Source of the DNA: Laetmonice hystrix
Taxonomy: Eukaryota
Direction: 5' to 3'
NCBI GenBank assembly: GCA_965235115.1
Contig: OZ249437.1
Span: 31,372,001 to 31,436,000, forward strand
DNA length: 64,000 nucleotides
A program made the position numbers and the translations under genes. The notes below the pieces were generated by a model that searched no databases, was not told where the DNA came from, and worked only from the letters and a program-made list of their open reading frames with translations. Every line of letters starts with the position of its first letter. The stretch's first letter is position 1. Shown piece by piece: positions 50,052 through 64,000 of the stretch.

Positions 50052-53000
50052 CTGTGGGTTTGAAAACAAGAACGACGGCCCCTCCGCCAAACCTTGCCAA
50101 CACGTCCAGCCAATCCCTCGCAGAGTTCGCTGAGAACACCTCTCCACCCTCCCTGTCCCCCGAACCTCCACCAGTCAGTTCACTGTAAAAATGTTCAACT
50201 TCTCCACACTGTGCATCATAGCCCACAGAGCTCTGCCAAGACTGGGACATTTATGTGCAACCTACTGAATAACATGGCCAAACACGGCCTGGCGCACGCC
50301 TTGATGCTTTCTCAACCAGAAGACTGAAAAGTCGCCTCCACGGGGACACACATACACCAGCTCAAGGCGCCTCTCTCAGCGAATGTCCCACAGCTGTGGC
50401 AGTGTACAGGAAGACAGAGACCTTCGTCCTTTTCACATACCCGTACTCACTTACCTAGAACGGACGGTGGCGACTTACCCACAACATCAAGCTCATTATC
50501 CGATATTTAACCAAACGAGATGGTGTTGATTCCTGCTCACTCACCCCCTCCCACCATGATTGTACGCTGGCCAATGAACCAGACACACAGACCCGAATCA
50601 TGCCATCATGCCATATGTCCCGCTCACAACCAACCCTACGATCTACTTTCAGAATGCCACTGCCAGTTCCTAGATGGCGCACACATTAATTCTAGTCTAC
50701 ATACCATGACATACATCAGTGAAACTTGCACGGCATGTCTAGAAACGCACCTCATGCAGGCTGCATGCTTGGTAGGAATTCCACGGCAAATGACACTTCC
50801 TCCGAGAGGTACTGAAATCTGCATGTAATCTGACGGCTTGAATCACCCAGAAACCTGCTTTCAATTACATCCACGCCAAATCTCGCCCTGACCTTCCATG
50901 AACTTACCACCCATCATGTAGTTGGCTTGAAATCACAAGATAACTTGTTCCCGATCAGTGGCCCACTTAGCATTACACGACAGCCTACTCGGAAAGCAAC
51001 CAATCCTGTAAACAGCAACATATGCCCAGGATAAGTGCTCCTTACGGTCGACTAAACATGTCTACCTAACTCAGCTAATGAATGTTTTGTATAAATTTGC
51101 TGTATGTAAACAACACCCGACTGAAGCCTATTTGTAATTGCTTCTTAAATCTATTGGGTATTCGCGTCAGTAAATACTTGTGATTGTGAAGCACACTTTG
51201 ACGCTCATCCGAGAGTTCCCTTGCCCACAACTCGTCCCATGTGTTAAACATGGTGTTGATCATACTTCTCATCAGCTAATCACGGACATTTCTGAGAGTT
51301 TATCATCATTCACCGGGTGACCCACACATTTACTGCATTCATGACATTGCCCATACATTGTTTATCATGTGTTATTCTACAACAATCGTCAAGATAAAAG
51401 TCACCGAATCCAACAATGACAGAGTCTAGGATTACGTAACCTGGATGGCGATCAGTCAACCCTGTCGTGAACTTTCTCTATCAGCCGCCATGATCACGTG
51501 ACCAGGCAGCGTTCGTGACGTACGCCAGCCGACTGGTTCGGCCACTTTCTGCCCTAAGTCTCAATCCACACCGACCCTTTGTACAACAGCCATGTCTCTC
51601 TGTACAGGCAGTCATTGGCCACTCACGGCCAAACCTTGGCGAACAGTATCAGGACTGAAGAACACAGAATAACGACCATAGGTAAATAAACTGAATGTGT
51701 TCTCAAGCATTTCTACCCTCACTTCTTTAATGGTCATATTTCGTGCAGTGGGTTCTGTACTGAAACACGTCAATTAGATCTGGTAGTTTTGGACTTGGTT
51801 TAGGTCAAACTTGCCAAGTTTACGCTTTCCCACGGTCAGCAAGTGTATCATTACATACCTCTACAAAACTCATATTTCACTTTATTCTAAGGCTTTCTGA
51901 TTATTACAAAAAATCATTGACTACTGTTTTTCTTTGAGCCCGTCTATCAATAGAGAAGATCAATCGAAACTGGACTGTTAATCACCAAGAAACTATATTT
52001 TCCCCTTGATATTTAAGAGGTTCACATTGCCAACTGCCAAAACAGCATTAATATTGTACGGAATAATATATCGTTTCTGGTTCAGAAACTGCACAGAATT
52101 TTTTTTCCACAACTACTATATCGTTTTTTCCCAACAGTTACACAACTTCATTTATCAGCCAACCGACAGGTACTACATGTGCACAGCATGGCAGGTCGGG
52201 CAATAACGAAAACCGACCTATTCAGGAACCTTCTCACCATCACTTATCGGTAGGGAAGGCCACAGATCCTCCAGCTTATCAACCGGTGGGTGCGGCCGCC
52301 CTGCCTTAAACCCCCACCGCCACTGCCACCCCGGCTTCTAGCTCTCCTAAAGACGCTCCCGCAGATTACCTGGATACATTTCTCAAATTTATTATCACAG
52401 GACTATCATAACCAGACGGCCGCGGGTGAATCCCTTGGTATGTATTTCTATTTCACCCCACTGTCCGACACGGTATCCTACCGTGTCGAATCGGCGAAAT
52501 TACAATTACTACAGAAATGTGGTGACTGCAGTAAAATTACCAACACACATCCTGCCAACATCGCTTAGACTCAAGTCTACCGGGTCGTGTCTAGCACTTT
52601 GTGCCACCTTCACCCGATGGGATCTGTTGTAAGGGCCGCGGCCGCCCCATGTCCCCACTCTATGTGTGTAAGTAACTCAAGATCACTAGTATACCCATCA
52701 AATATTTATATCTGGCTATGAAATGATGTGCTCGTGGCGCCATGCGGTGTTGAGTATGAGGAGGTGGTAGCTACCATGTCGAGGTCTGGCAATGCCGTAC
52801 CGTGCGGCCCACCCCGCCGGTATGGCCTTATCGGCCCCGGGCCGTGTTCACACTCGGCTCTAGATTACGGCCACCATGGGGAGGCATTGATAATACAGAT
52901 CATGTGACCCTTCAACGGTGCCCCTGGTTTTCAGCGGAGATAAATCATTCAGCACTATAATCAGACACCTATTGGCTGGCGAGTAAGCTCTTTACTGTCC

Positions 53001-55281
53001 TCAGGTAGTCGAGACGATTGCCTTACTCCGCCAGCAGCAGCTACAGAGACCTCCACCCACCCTGGTCTGGGCGTACTATAGAATCAACAAACTACCAGTT
53101 AGGTGCTCCCACTGAACAAACAGATCAAGCCCTCGACGTTTGATCAAAAAAAGGCGGGCCTGACACTAGAGTTTATAGGATTTTACACCTAGGAAAACTC
53201 GTGACACTTGAAACCATCAAAAACTCTGACTCCAGATACACGCCCCCTGAATTAGCAAGCAGGAGGGATCCGATTGGCCTCAGCACCGACTGACTGGTAG
53301 TTCAGTGTCCGCTACTTTAGGGTTCACACCTTACATGACTACGTATAACGGTTATCAAATCTTCCTTCTTGTACTAAGAAAGATCTTATATTCACAATTA
53401 AGATCAGGTTCGACATTTTCATCCACAGGGGATTGAGGATGTTTATGAGGAGCCTCTGGCATCTCCATGCCCGAGTTCGTATAATTACGGCAACATTCTC
53501 CTCAAACAATGACGATTAATCGTTTATACTGGTCCAATTAGTGAAGTCCCCCCCCCAGCTGGCACGCTGTGGGTACTTCATATTGATTAACTGATAAATC
53601 TAGGATGGAGGGGGCACACCGATAGAGCAGCCTTCAACCGTCCGCCCAGCTCGACCTCCAACTCGGCTCGGCTCCACTCAGACTTAACTCGGCTCCGTAC
53701 CTTGATAGGGGCGCTATTGAATCCACCTACAGCAATGCTCATAAGTAACCTCCTACAGATCCCCTGAAAAAGTCACCGTCTAATGCCACACAAATTCAAT
53801 TTGCAGAGGATCACTGGGCTCTTTTAGCTGAGCTGGGTTTAAATATTGATGTTTGCTGAGCTGAAAAACGATCGCACCTCGGTGACTTGGAGAGAGCAGA
53901 ACATGTGTGGTGCTGGTGGCGGCGGCTGTTTGCCACTGACAGCAGTCGTGTTGACTCTCACCAAATACACCCGAGTGCGATCACAAGTCGTGTAAAGTGT
54001 ACCATGTAACATAAAGCTAGGGTAGTGTGGAGGAGACATACTGTCAACGACTTATTTATATCTACCTTGCCGCCCCCCCCCCCCCCCCGCCCATACCATT
54101 ACTATATATACCAGACGCTGGGGGGTTGGTTCCCCAGACCCAACCCTCAACACATGAGGCTAGTATAGTATGCAGCACGTCTTGCTGGACAAACAACCCG
54201 AAACGTCCTCCATAAAGATGCCTCTGTTAGCCCCAAGCCGCATGAAATCAGCACGGACTGGTGCACCTCGCTCGTTTTCAACTCCCAATAGTCGATCATT
54301 GGGCCATAACAATTCATGATATAACTCCTGACGACCAAATCTGTGTCAGTAAGGGAGGCGGCCTGGGTGACTGCTGTCCCCGACCCCCCCCCCCCCCCGT
54401 GGGGGGATGGTGGGGGGAGAGAGGGGAGGGGGAGACAAAGTGTATCCTCAGCCCCGCCCCGCCTGGTGTACAGTGTCAATGGCTCGTGCCTGCCTCACTC
54501 TATCGATCGTCTTGATTCCCAGTTCATTCTGCCCTCGGTTGGCCTATGACAAGTACGACATGACAACCTCGACACTGGTGCCCCTCGTTCTGTGTACGCT
54601 GACACCGACCCCTTCAATCATTCTGCCCACACCACTCGTCTTCTGCCTGCCTGGCGCACAGTCTATAACCACGCCACCCCTTCCCTCAGATCCGTACATC
54701 TTCAATCTTAGCGCCCTCTTCGGCCCCGGGGCTCTTCATCACCATTACAGGTAGTTTGTTTTCCACGCAAAGATCATTAGAGTAATCCTGCAGAAACGAC
54801 TCTGACCAAACACCATGTGAAAAGCTCTTTATGTTGACATCTACTTTCAAAAAGCAATGGTATAAACGCCTACCCCGCATGGTACAGATATTAACAACAT
54901 TAATCAATCATCGCAATCACGTCAAATTACGAGATCGGCGTGTCATCAAAATCCATGCCAATTCATTAGAAGGTAAATGACGGTTACAATGCAGTGAGAA
55001 TCTGTTTTCCCCGACTCCTGTCAGTCGCAGATACATTCAAACTGATAGGTCTACATAATGCCACCATCTCGACGGCTCCTGTCGTACTTTCGTGGACTCT
55101 GGGCTTGGATCAGAATGACCGCCCCCTGAGGTACCCCTGACCCCTTGATGGGGTTCCTGTGTCGTCCAGTGGCCCACAGAGGTCACTTACATCAGTCTTT
55201 GTGAGCCTCGACATGTGCAGAATGGACCAACTACAGACCAGCCAGATCGTCCCAGAATTCTACCTGTGCTCAGTGGTCACC

Positions 55282-55323
55282 GCAGCGGTCAGTGCAGCGG
55301 TCAATGCAGCGGTCACTGCAGCT
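55282..55323. repeat. 12-bp tandem repeat x3.5 (gcagcggtcaNt)
   Basis: gcagcggtcagt gcagcggtcaat gcagcggtcact gcagc. Confidence 0.85.
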
Positions 55324-55389
55324 GCTGGCAACTGACGAGAATCATTGTTGGAACAATGTGGGGTTTGGTATTGTAATCTGCTCGCGCTC

Positions 55390-55547
55390 GGCAAACTCCT
55401 ACAGTGGGCAAACTCCTACAGTACAAACTCCTACAGTGGGCAAACTCCTACAGTATGTACAAACTCCTACAGTGGGCAAACTCCTACAGTATGTACAAAC
55501 TCCTACAGTGGACGGTGGACGAACTCCTACAGTGGGCGAACTCCTGC
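55390..55547. repeat. Minisatellite with core aaactcctacagt, 8 copies plus a partial, variable 16-25-bp spacing
   Basis: Cores at 55393, 55410, 55426, 55442, 55461, 55478, 55497 and 55522, with linkers gggc / ac / atgtac. They explain ORFs 55292-55712. Confidence 0.93.
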
Positions 55548-58500
55548 ACTGTTCATCTCGTTCAGCCAAACTCTCGATGGTGGCATCAAGATTTGGAATC
55601 GACGCACACACGACTGACAGACAAACGTGTCGACAGGCCCGTACTTCCAAGAGTTAACTGCTGTCTAGTGTATAGTATTCACATGTGCATCATCACAAAG
55701 GTGCAGAATTAAACGATGCAGTTAACGTAGAACAATTCTGGGAGGGGGGGGGGGGGGCAAAGGATTCTGCGCAGATTGCCATTTGTTAAGGCGATAAGAG
55801 GGATTTATCTGCGAGCTGCTTTTCACGAGTGGGGGGTTCTCTCCAGGAAATTCTTCTTTACGAGTTGCAAGCAATTGCTGTCTGTCTTTTAAAACCTCTC
55901 TAGGGTCGGTGAATCAGAATCAGAATGCCACGCTCGATAGCACGCTGCATGCCAGGCCAATCTCCTGTGCCATAAGGTGGTATGACCTTTGACCTGTTTG
56001 GACAAGTATGGATACATATCCCCATTGCCACGTGACCTTGGCCAGCCGACACCTCAGTGGACAATTGAGTGAAGCTGGCCTCGTGGCTTCACAAATGGGA
56101 CAGTCGTCAGATGGAAATGGACCCGGAATGACCACAAATGGTCAATTCATCAGAGAACCGACGCTGGCCAGAGAAATGGTCACCAGTAGAATGTGATCAT
56201 GGTCGCCGAAGCACCTGAGGGGGGCGGGGGGCGGGCACAGCGGCCAGTGTCCAGGCACGATGCCATGGTCGGAGCGACGCAACCTACGTGACAGTTTACT
56301 TAGCCCCGGAAAATGGCAATATCTACAGCTATCAGCGCGCTCATGATGGAAAGCATCTTTCATTTTGGCCGACACTGATAGGATGGCTGCCTAATCCTAT
56401 AACGTGGCCGCCATGTGACCTCGCACAGCTCCATGCTCTGACAAACCGACTCGCCAGCCACTGGGCACCATTTCAGCGGCTGAATGTGGAAATCCACGGA
56501 TATCACAAGGCTCGGGCGGGCGGGGGGCTCGGCGGGGAGTCGTAATTTGCCGGGTTTTTAACCCCGATCTATTAACGGGTCTTGTGAGCCCGCACAGGTG
56601 GTCAATGGAGCCCGGCCCAGCTGGGCAGTGTCGTCCGGAGTAACCGGGGAGGCTGTCCAGGGGCTGGCAGCCTGGCGGTGGCTTCAATTTCCCGCAGGTA
56701 CACCCCGAACATGTAATCCAATAAACCCTCAGCCTGTCTCTGTCTGTTCTCCCCTCACAATCCTATAATGCAATGTGAGCGAGCATGACTCGACTCCACG
56801 GCGGCATCAGTCAATGTATATACATACAGACTTGTTTTCTGGGGGTAGGCCCCGGCACCTCCCCGATGGCTGGCTGCCTGGAGTTCGACTGAAAATACCA
56901 CTTCCGGAACCAACACACTTGTCACTTTGCCCTCCTCAAGGCCCAACCCCCGGCTTTTCCTTGCCATCTCAAAGGGCAGCGCTTGACTGATCACCCCTTG
57001 CTTGCTTTGACCACTGTGGTCATTCGTCGGCCGCCCACTGACCCGATGACCCGGAGTCAGAGGTAGGACTGACCACCAGGCCCTCAAACCCTGCATGTTT
57101 GGAGGTAGATTGTCGGCGGCCATTTTCTCCCCGGGAGTCGAGCGACAACCCAAGCACACCTCATCGGTCTATCATAGACAGCTGACCAAGGGTGCAGCTG
57201 ACAGGGTCAAGATGCGACCACTACCGGGCAGAGTCGAGCTGACAGATTGTTTGACAAACATGTTGGATCACTTGGCCCCTGCTGCCAACGGCCTGCCTTC
57301 CGTCCGTGGACACCCTCCCTCAAAACTACACCCCGGATACTGACCGGTAACACTCCAGTCCTCAAATATTCCACCACTAGTTCGGTAACCAAGAGTTGAC
57401 CACTCACTAAGCTCTTCGTCTCAGAACACTCCAAATCAATGAACACTTTCAATGATGTGATTCTAAATGCGGGCCTATTTCATCGAAACAAATCCTTTGA
57501 ACTTACAGAGCTACACTGGCGGTTTTCTGGGCACTTTGGTTGCTGTCCATGTAGGCCGACAGTAGGTTTGGTGCGGAAGGTCTCAAGTTGTGTAGCCCTC
57601 TGTTTCTGGATAGTCATCCCATTCAACACTTTGCCTTGATGTATTTGTGCATGACCGGTCTAAGATCAGAGGCTAGGATACGATGTAGTGCTGTGTTTCT
57701 TTTGAAGTCTTTCTATCCAGCTCGGTTGGCGGTGTCATTAACTCGAAACGTAATATATAAAAATGTCGGGCGATATGACTACCAGCATCGTGGATTTCCA
57801 AATGACTGACGACAGGCTGAAACATCTTAATTCTGGCTGAACCCTTCCCTCGTGTAAGGTCTTGGTCTACAGCAGGACATGACTGCAGGCCATCTCTTCG
57901 TCTTGAATTTAGAGGGATACTAAAGGGACATCTTTTTCATGGCTCTCTATGCTTTAGAGACTCGGTGCCCTGTGGAAAGACTAGTGAAGTTCTGAAGGCA
58001 TCAAAACGTCGTTGTGACACTACAATCGTGACCCAAGTTCTGCGACTGTATCTTCTTATCCTTCAGTTCTGCCGTTTGGAAATATAAGCGCCAATGAAAC
58101 ATGCTGCTTCGCTACACGTCTTGGCAAATATTCTCCTGAATAGTGAATACAAGAATTGTACCACCTTTACCACGAGGACATCACAAGGACATCGCACAAA
58201 GACTACCCGGACATTGATGAACATCTTATTTAGTTCTCTGCCAACCACTTCTACCACACGTCTCGTCAAAAAAACATTTATCAGTGCGACTTTCATCAGA
58301 TTTCTTTGTCCAAGGTCACAACTTCAAAGTGTGGAATATTTTACACGTCGTCGCTGCACAAATCATACACCAACCACAGACAGTGACCGATGCGCTTCTG
58401 TAAGATTCGACGGCTCCAGAACATTCCATGACGGATTCAGTGTCTCGGATAGAAAGACCGTCAAAATAATGAATCCCTGCCCGACACTCGTGATGGCAAA

Positions 58501-60108
58501 CCTTGTCACTGATTGGAGGATGTCATCGACAAAATGTCATTTCTAACAGTATGTATCCCGACACCGACTCACTACCCACCCATATCTTATAGCATTATCT
58601 ACATATGATACGATACGATTCCACTGCAGCCAATATAAAGCAGATCCATATTCCTATCTCGCACAGTACGCTCACCACCCTATACAAATTTCATCTGGGA
58701 AAGGTCCACAGTCAGAAACGCATTCGCCTGCAGAAAATGCGTGTTACTGAAGCACTGGTTTTATTTCCTAATCAGCGAATCCATTTACATCAGGTGAAGT
58801 TGGTAACGGGCTGGGACAATGTCCGTGTGTTGGGCTGGTTCAGGCAACAGCTATAAAAGAGAATACATTGTTGGGCTCATGGTTTGTGCATCAATTTCCT
58901 TCACGCCTCAACCTTCCACTTGACAAAATCTGCCACTAACGTGAATCAGATGAGCCAGGACAGACAATAGTGCTGCTGGCACCAATATTTTTCCCCTCTC
59001 CTAGTCCCACCCTGGTGCTTACAGTGGTGCGAACGCCACTCTATAGGACCGGCATATAAAGCTGTCTATATAGTCAGGAACTCCAATCGTCTAGAACTCC
59101 ATCCATTCCGGTCCGGCCGACCGCTTTCCCGCCAAATCAACCGCTGGACTAATGAGCTCCAAGCCACACACACCTGATAAAACTGCCATCTTCTCCCCGC
59201 AAACCCAGACAAGTATTCAAACACAATTCGCTTTCACTATGCGCCCAACAGCTGAGGGCCTTTAAGGCCAATCACAGTTTTCTACGCCTCACGGAATTCG
59301 GAAAAAGATGGGTGCCACTGCAGCCGAGGCGGACCTGGGACTAGTGCGACACTGTCAATCAAACAATGGTCCTGACAATGGACAACACTGGAGGACGAGT
59401 GTAATAGCAGCTTCGCCACACTGCATCACCCAGCACTGTCAATGGCGACCCGGGCTGATCCCCATACCAACGACTTCCACCCCTTACAATGTAATCCTGA
59501 CAGCACAAGTGCATCAAAGTCTGTAAAGCCGGAGAATGAGACGCTGCGGCTGCGGCTGTGGCGACATTCAGCGAACCTCGAGTGCACAGAATCGTATAAA
59601 TCTAACACTCCACTCAACCACTGAGGCTGCCAATCAAGGGGCCTCTTCAATATCTCATCATTTCAACTCATTCTTCATTTAAGTGTTTTAAGTTCACATT
59701 GGCAAAACTTTTGCTCATCAACTGACGATAACAAATGCTCGAAGTAAATTGCTATAGACTTTCTCTTGGCGGAAGAACACGGTCCTAAACGTTAGCATAT
59801 TTACAGACATCTGCTTCATAAACGTTGGTAGTTTTGTGTTTTTAATTACCAACCAGCAACATCATAATGTAGTATGTTTCGTATTACAAGATAATATCAC
59901 TAAAGAAAAGATAAATGACATTCAGCAGCTATCATTCATCAACATTCAAGTTACTAATATTGTTCTTTGTTTGTGTTTCCCGTACAAAAAGTCCTCCATG
60001 CCTGTAACTGTTTCTGATGTTCAGAAGATTTACTACAAGCTTCGACAGTATAAAAGAATTCAGTGCCATGACAACTGTCCATTAACCATATTAACTGCCC
60101 TTTCTCAC

Positions 60109-60149
60109 CTGACGAGGCTTGGGTACCAGCAAGGTCATGCCATAGATTT
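60109..60149 (-). CDS. Candidate exon (phase 1-0) IYGMTLLVPKPRQ
   Basis: Minus-strand acceptor ctacttccttgtctcatggccag and donor CAG|gtgaga, with GC-rich third positions. Confidence 0.35.
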
Positions 60150-63100
60150 CTGGCCATGAGACAAGGAAGTAGCACATTCCAGCGTGCGGCAGAACGACAC
60201 ATAATTCACCCCTAGATGGCGTTGATAATCATAGCCTGTCATATCCGGCATCCTTTCCCCTGGCTCCAGGATTGTGCAGCGCCTATGGAGGCGCGCATAA
60301 AATATTCACGTTATTACGACCATAATGACAGTGCCATTGCCCATGAACGAAATACTACAATCCAAATGAGCACTTTAATGGCACCACTCAATGAGGATGG
60401 TTGGAGGTTTTGTGAGCAGGGGGACCTTGTTGTGGTACTCCATGTTGAAATTAATTCCTGTTTTTGTTCTGGCGAGAGACAAATACTAATTGTCTATACA
60501 ACCGATGCAAATGGTGTTCTACAATAGACTTCAACCATTCTGTTAATTTCTCGGTTACAGGTTTAATCCCCTGACCTCCCTCGCAGGGATCCAAATCCTC
60601 GGAATATTCCAGCCCCCTGCGTGACTTCTACAAAGGTCATGGAAGGTCAAGGAAGGTCAAAGTTCAAGCTGAGATTAGCTGCCGTACAGATACAGTGTTT
60701 GAACAAACATCGGTTACTTACTTCCAACATATCTAAGTTAACAGTCAACAGTCAAATAATTGGATAAAGGCAATTACTACAAACATGTAAATATTAACAG
60801 CGCTCTGTTACTCGGAGTGTATATTTTGCCATATAAAGTGAAACATGCATAAGCTTAGGAAAGCTGTAATCCAAGGTCTGATACTACTAGATAAAGCCAG
60901 GCGGATTAAGAACTAGGTTCTACATGGTCGGCAATTAACTCTCGCTAATTAAGATCAGAAAGACGGTAACAAGAGCTAGAAAATATGTTGCAGCGAGAAA
61001 GCTAAAACAAGCAGTTTTTCAAATCAAACCAGCAGTAATATTTCAAGTGCTTGTAAATTCATCAAGAGCCTGGTTCACACCGTGACGTCTTTAATTCACG
61101 AGAAAAATGTCTGGCCCAGATATTATCATTTCGGTATAGATCTCGTCCTGAGCACCTAAGGTGTATGGAACCTTGTAGGCTGCCCCTGGACTCCTTGTTC
61201 TTCCCGATTTCATTAGCACTACATGTGAGCCCCACTTCAAACCTGTAGATCCATTCAGCCCTTTCAATGAATTCTTTTGCATGCGACCATTTATTAACCA
61301 TTTATTCTCCATCAGCTGACTACCCCCTTAACCCTTGGCCTACTGATATCGATTTTACCATTACACAGTTAGCACTTCCTTTAGAGCCACTCTCCATTTT
61401 CCCACAGTGCCTCAATTTACGCCTGACCTGGCGCGCTGAATACAATGCACCCGACAACGGCTAGCATGATTTTTTTTACCCACGAGTCCTGCTGCGTTCA
61501 CATTTTTGACCAGTGAAACAAAACAAGTGCGACAAGAAAGCGTAGAATAATAAATCTGCATGATAAAGATGTTTTATGGATTCGCCAAAATGAAACTGAG
61601 GCAGAAGTTCAGGTGAATTATTTAGATGATAAACAGACGTGTTGGGGAGAATTAGATCCAATCATAGTGATCTACCCTGGCCGGACGGAGAGTTAATAAT
61701 ACTTATTAGAAAATTCTCATAAAACTGTTATGCATTTTTAACCAGGAAGTCAGCGAGCATTTCACCATCATTGTGCGTCATTGCTGGGGCGGTCGTAGCC
61801 ACGTTAATTAAGTAGAATTCTGGCCGAGCAGTTTCAAAGTGTCGGATATCACTGCCATTTCCCCAGTCAGCCTATAGGGCGGTACAGGATTTTTTTACTG
61901 GCCGAGTGGCCTGTCAGGCTCCCGTAGTGCGGAAAACAGGTTGGGATGAAGTGATGTTGACAAAGCCTGGCCACAATTACTCTGGTCGGTGGTTTCTTGG
62001 CTGGTTCCGTGCACCGGGACCAAGTCGACCGGACCCGGCGACCACTTAGAACCACTCACGGACCGGCTCTGGGTCAAGACAACTGGTGTTAGGTGTCCCG
62101 CCTTGTCTTCCCGAATATGGTGGGCAGGACTCAGGGCAGGGCCTAAGGTTAGAACCACACAGGGGCAGCAGGTGGCCTTTTACAGGTGGTACTTTCGGCA
62201 TTCTAACACTGAGAGACACTAGCAAAATATCGAAAAACATGTTGACGTACAACACAACAAAGCCTTGAGTTTTTTTTCCTCTCTCCATTTTTCGTTTGAC
62301 GTGAACAGAATGCTTGTCAACAGTCCGTCTGAATTATAACAAAACGTCTCCACTTCGGGCTGGTTTCGGAGGAATCTCAATTCTTTCCACCGATTGCCTC
62401 GACATTCTTCAGCTGTAGTAAAGAATTTGTCTCGAAGTTTCCATCTGAACTAACCTCGTGTGACATAATCCATGCCCACGAAGGCAACCACACCCACACT
62501 GGGGTGATTACACACCTGTCAAGGTGAACTTGTTCAATCCTCCGGGTCTGTCAGTCGACCTATCCGTTATAGACCCGAATGGGGCCCAGATTGGCAATGC
62601 TAATAAAGTCTTGACTGGATCAGAGCCCGGTTCTGTCGCCACCAACCAGTAAGCTTCACTTTACCTGACAACTCGCACTGACACAAGCACGTCAATGTCT
62701 CGGCACTCCCCGCGCTGGACGTCACCAAGCCCCTAGGTCTGCCCTTCCGACGTCAACTGGCAGCTCTATCGACGCCTACCCCTACCCCTAACATCTACCC
62801 TCCCCCCTGTCATAATGAAATCCTGTGATCATTTATAAATATCACATGCCTGTCACCGTGTGGGGCATGCATGCCAAGCTTAAACTTGTCTGCCTGTGGG
62901 TATAACAAGAAAGCCTGGGGTCATATCGGTCCCTGCCTCAGCAGCTTAAAGTTACAATACGAACAAAAGTTCTCCAGTGAAATCTTAATCCTTAATATAC
63001 CGCCCATGTCACATAAATATAATCCCACAGGAAAAAATAATAAAAAAAGGAATTTCCGTCGGACACACAGCCACTGAGGTTCAGTAATTATCAGGAAATG

Positions 63101-64000
63101 GACTCTGGTCCCTTCCTGTGATCAATCACGCTGAAAGTTCCTCAAATGTTCCTTGTGCTGTGGCCGAACGACAGAAAAACCACATGCTGAATGAGGTAGG
63201 AAAAACGGCGAGCACGGCAAGCTGGGAGCTGTCCGGTCTTGTGCGCAGGCAAGACGAGAAATGTTTCGCTGACATAATGAGTGAAATTATTATGGGTAAA
63301 AGACGAATGGGGGCTCTGCTCAGGCTGATGTGTGTGAGAGGCAGGAATGTGGTGGATGGTGGTTGATGAAGGACCTCCCTGGCTATAGGTTGGGGCCCTG
63401 CCTGGTCACCCACAGAAACCAAGACAGGACCTCCGGGGCCAGAGGCCGAACTCCCATGTTGACAGGATCACCTCCATTGGCCAAATTGTGAATGGCAAAT
63501 TAATTAAGCCGACAATGTATGGTGCTGACTAACGCTGGGGGGTAAGTGGGTGGGTGGGAGTGGGGGTAGGGGTAGGGGTTGTGAAGAATCTCCTGCCTGC
63601 GGGGAGTGTGCGTTAGATGTATCATTGGGTAATCGCCAACAGGGATGAAGCAAGCACCTTGGTCCTTGCACAACATCTATTACATGACAACGTCTATTAC
63701 ACGAGATGTCACCCACAGACTGTCTGCATACATTCCTCACTAATCAATACGAGGGACCGACAAAGGTACCAAGGTGGGGTGCCTGTAGAAAACGCAAACA
63801 GGCATGGTCTGCTGAAATGGAGCATAATGTTAGGACGGCCCAGGAAAAAAACGCAGCTCTTTGCAGAGGGGGCCTTCAAAGCCGTACGACTGGCATCGTG
63901 ACAGTGGTGGGAGTTGCGTGCTGCACGACATGGTGGACGTGCTGGGCACGCTCTGAGTCAAGGCCCACCAAATGGGCCCCACACTCATTATGGTCGACTC

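Noticed and set aside
58094-58546. 150-aa Thr-rich ORF
   Set aside because: There is no homology. A different frame (ELYHLYHEDITRTSHKDYPDIDEHLI*) looks more coding-like but has only a weak acceptor, so neither is called.

Overview
This is eukaryotic genomic DNA, most like an invertebrate metazoan. It has intermediate GC, patchy CpG content, no long ORFs, canonical GT-AG splice signals, poly-C/poly-G runs and many minisatellites. It is not prokaryotic or phage-like: I see no operons, rRNA, tRNA or CRISPR. Nearly all entries in the six-frame ORF track are chance ORFs or arise from tandem repeats. The firm features are six minisatellites (17.4, 25.3, 42.8, 44.9, 48.4 and 55.4 kb), a (GAA)16 microsatellite, one ~185-bp MITE with perfect 19-bp terminal inverted repeats (19.3-19.5 kb) and several perfect palindromes. 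There are also about 20 short exon-like segments on both strands, each with an acceptor, an open frame and a donor or stop. They suggest two or more intron-rich genes, but I could not match any peptide to a known family, so no gene symbols are given. Candidate promoters lie near 13.8-14.0 kb (possibly bidirectional) and 40.4 kb (TATA plus RFX X-box). I found no clearly novel multi-gene system. The best leads are the 39-bp repeat at 42.8-43.4 kb, which stays open as a 13-aa peptide repeat, the MITE, and the interleaved sense/antisense exon candidates.
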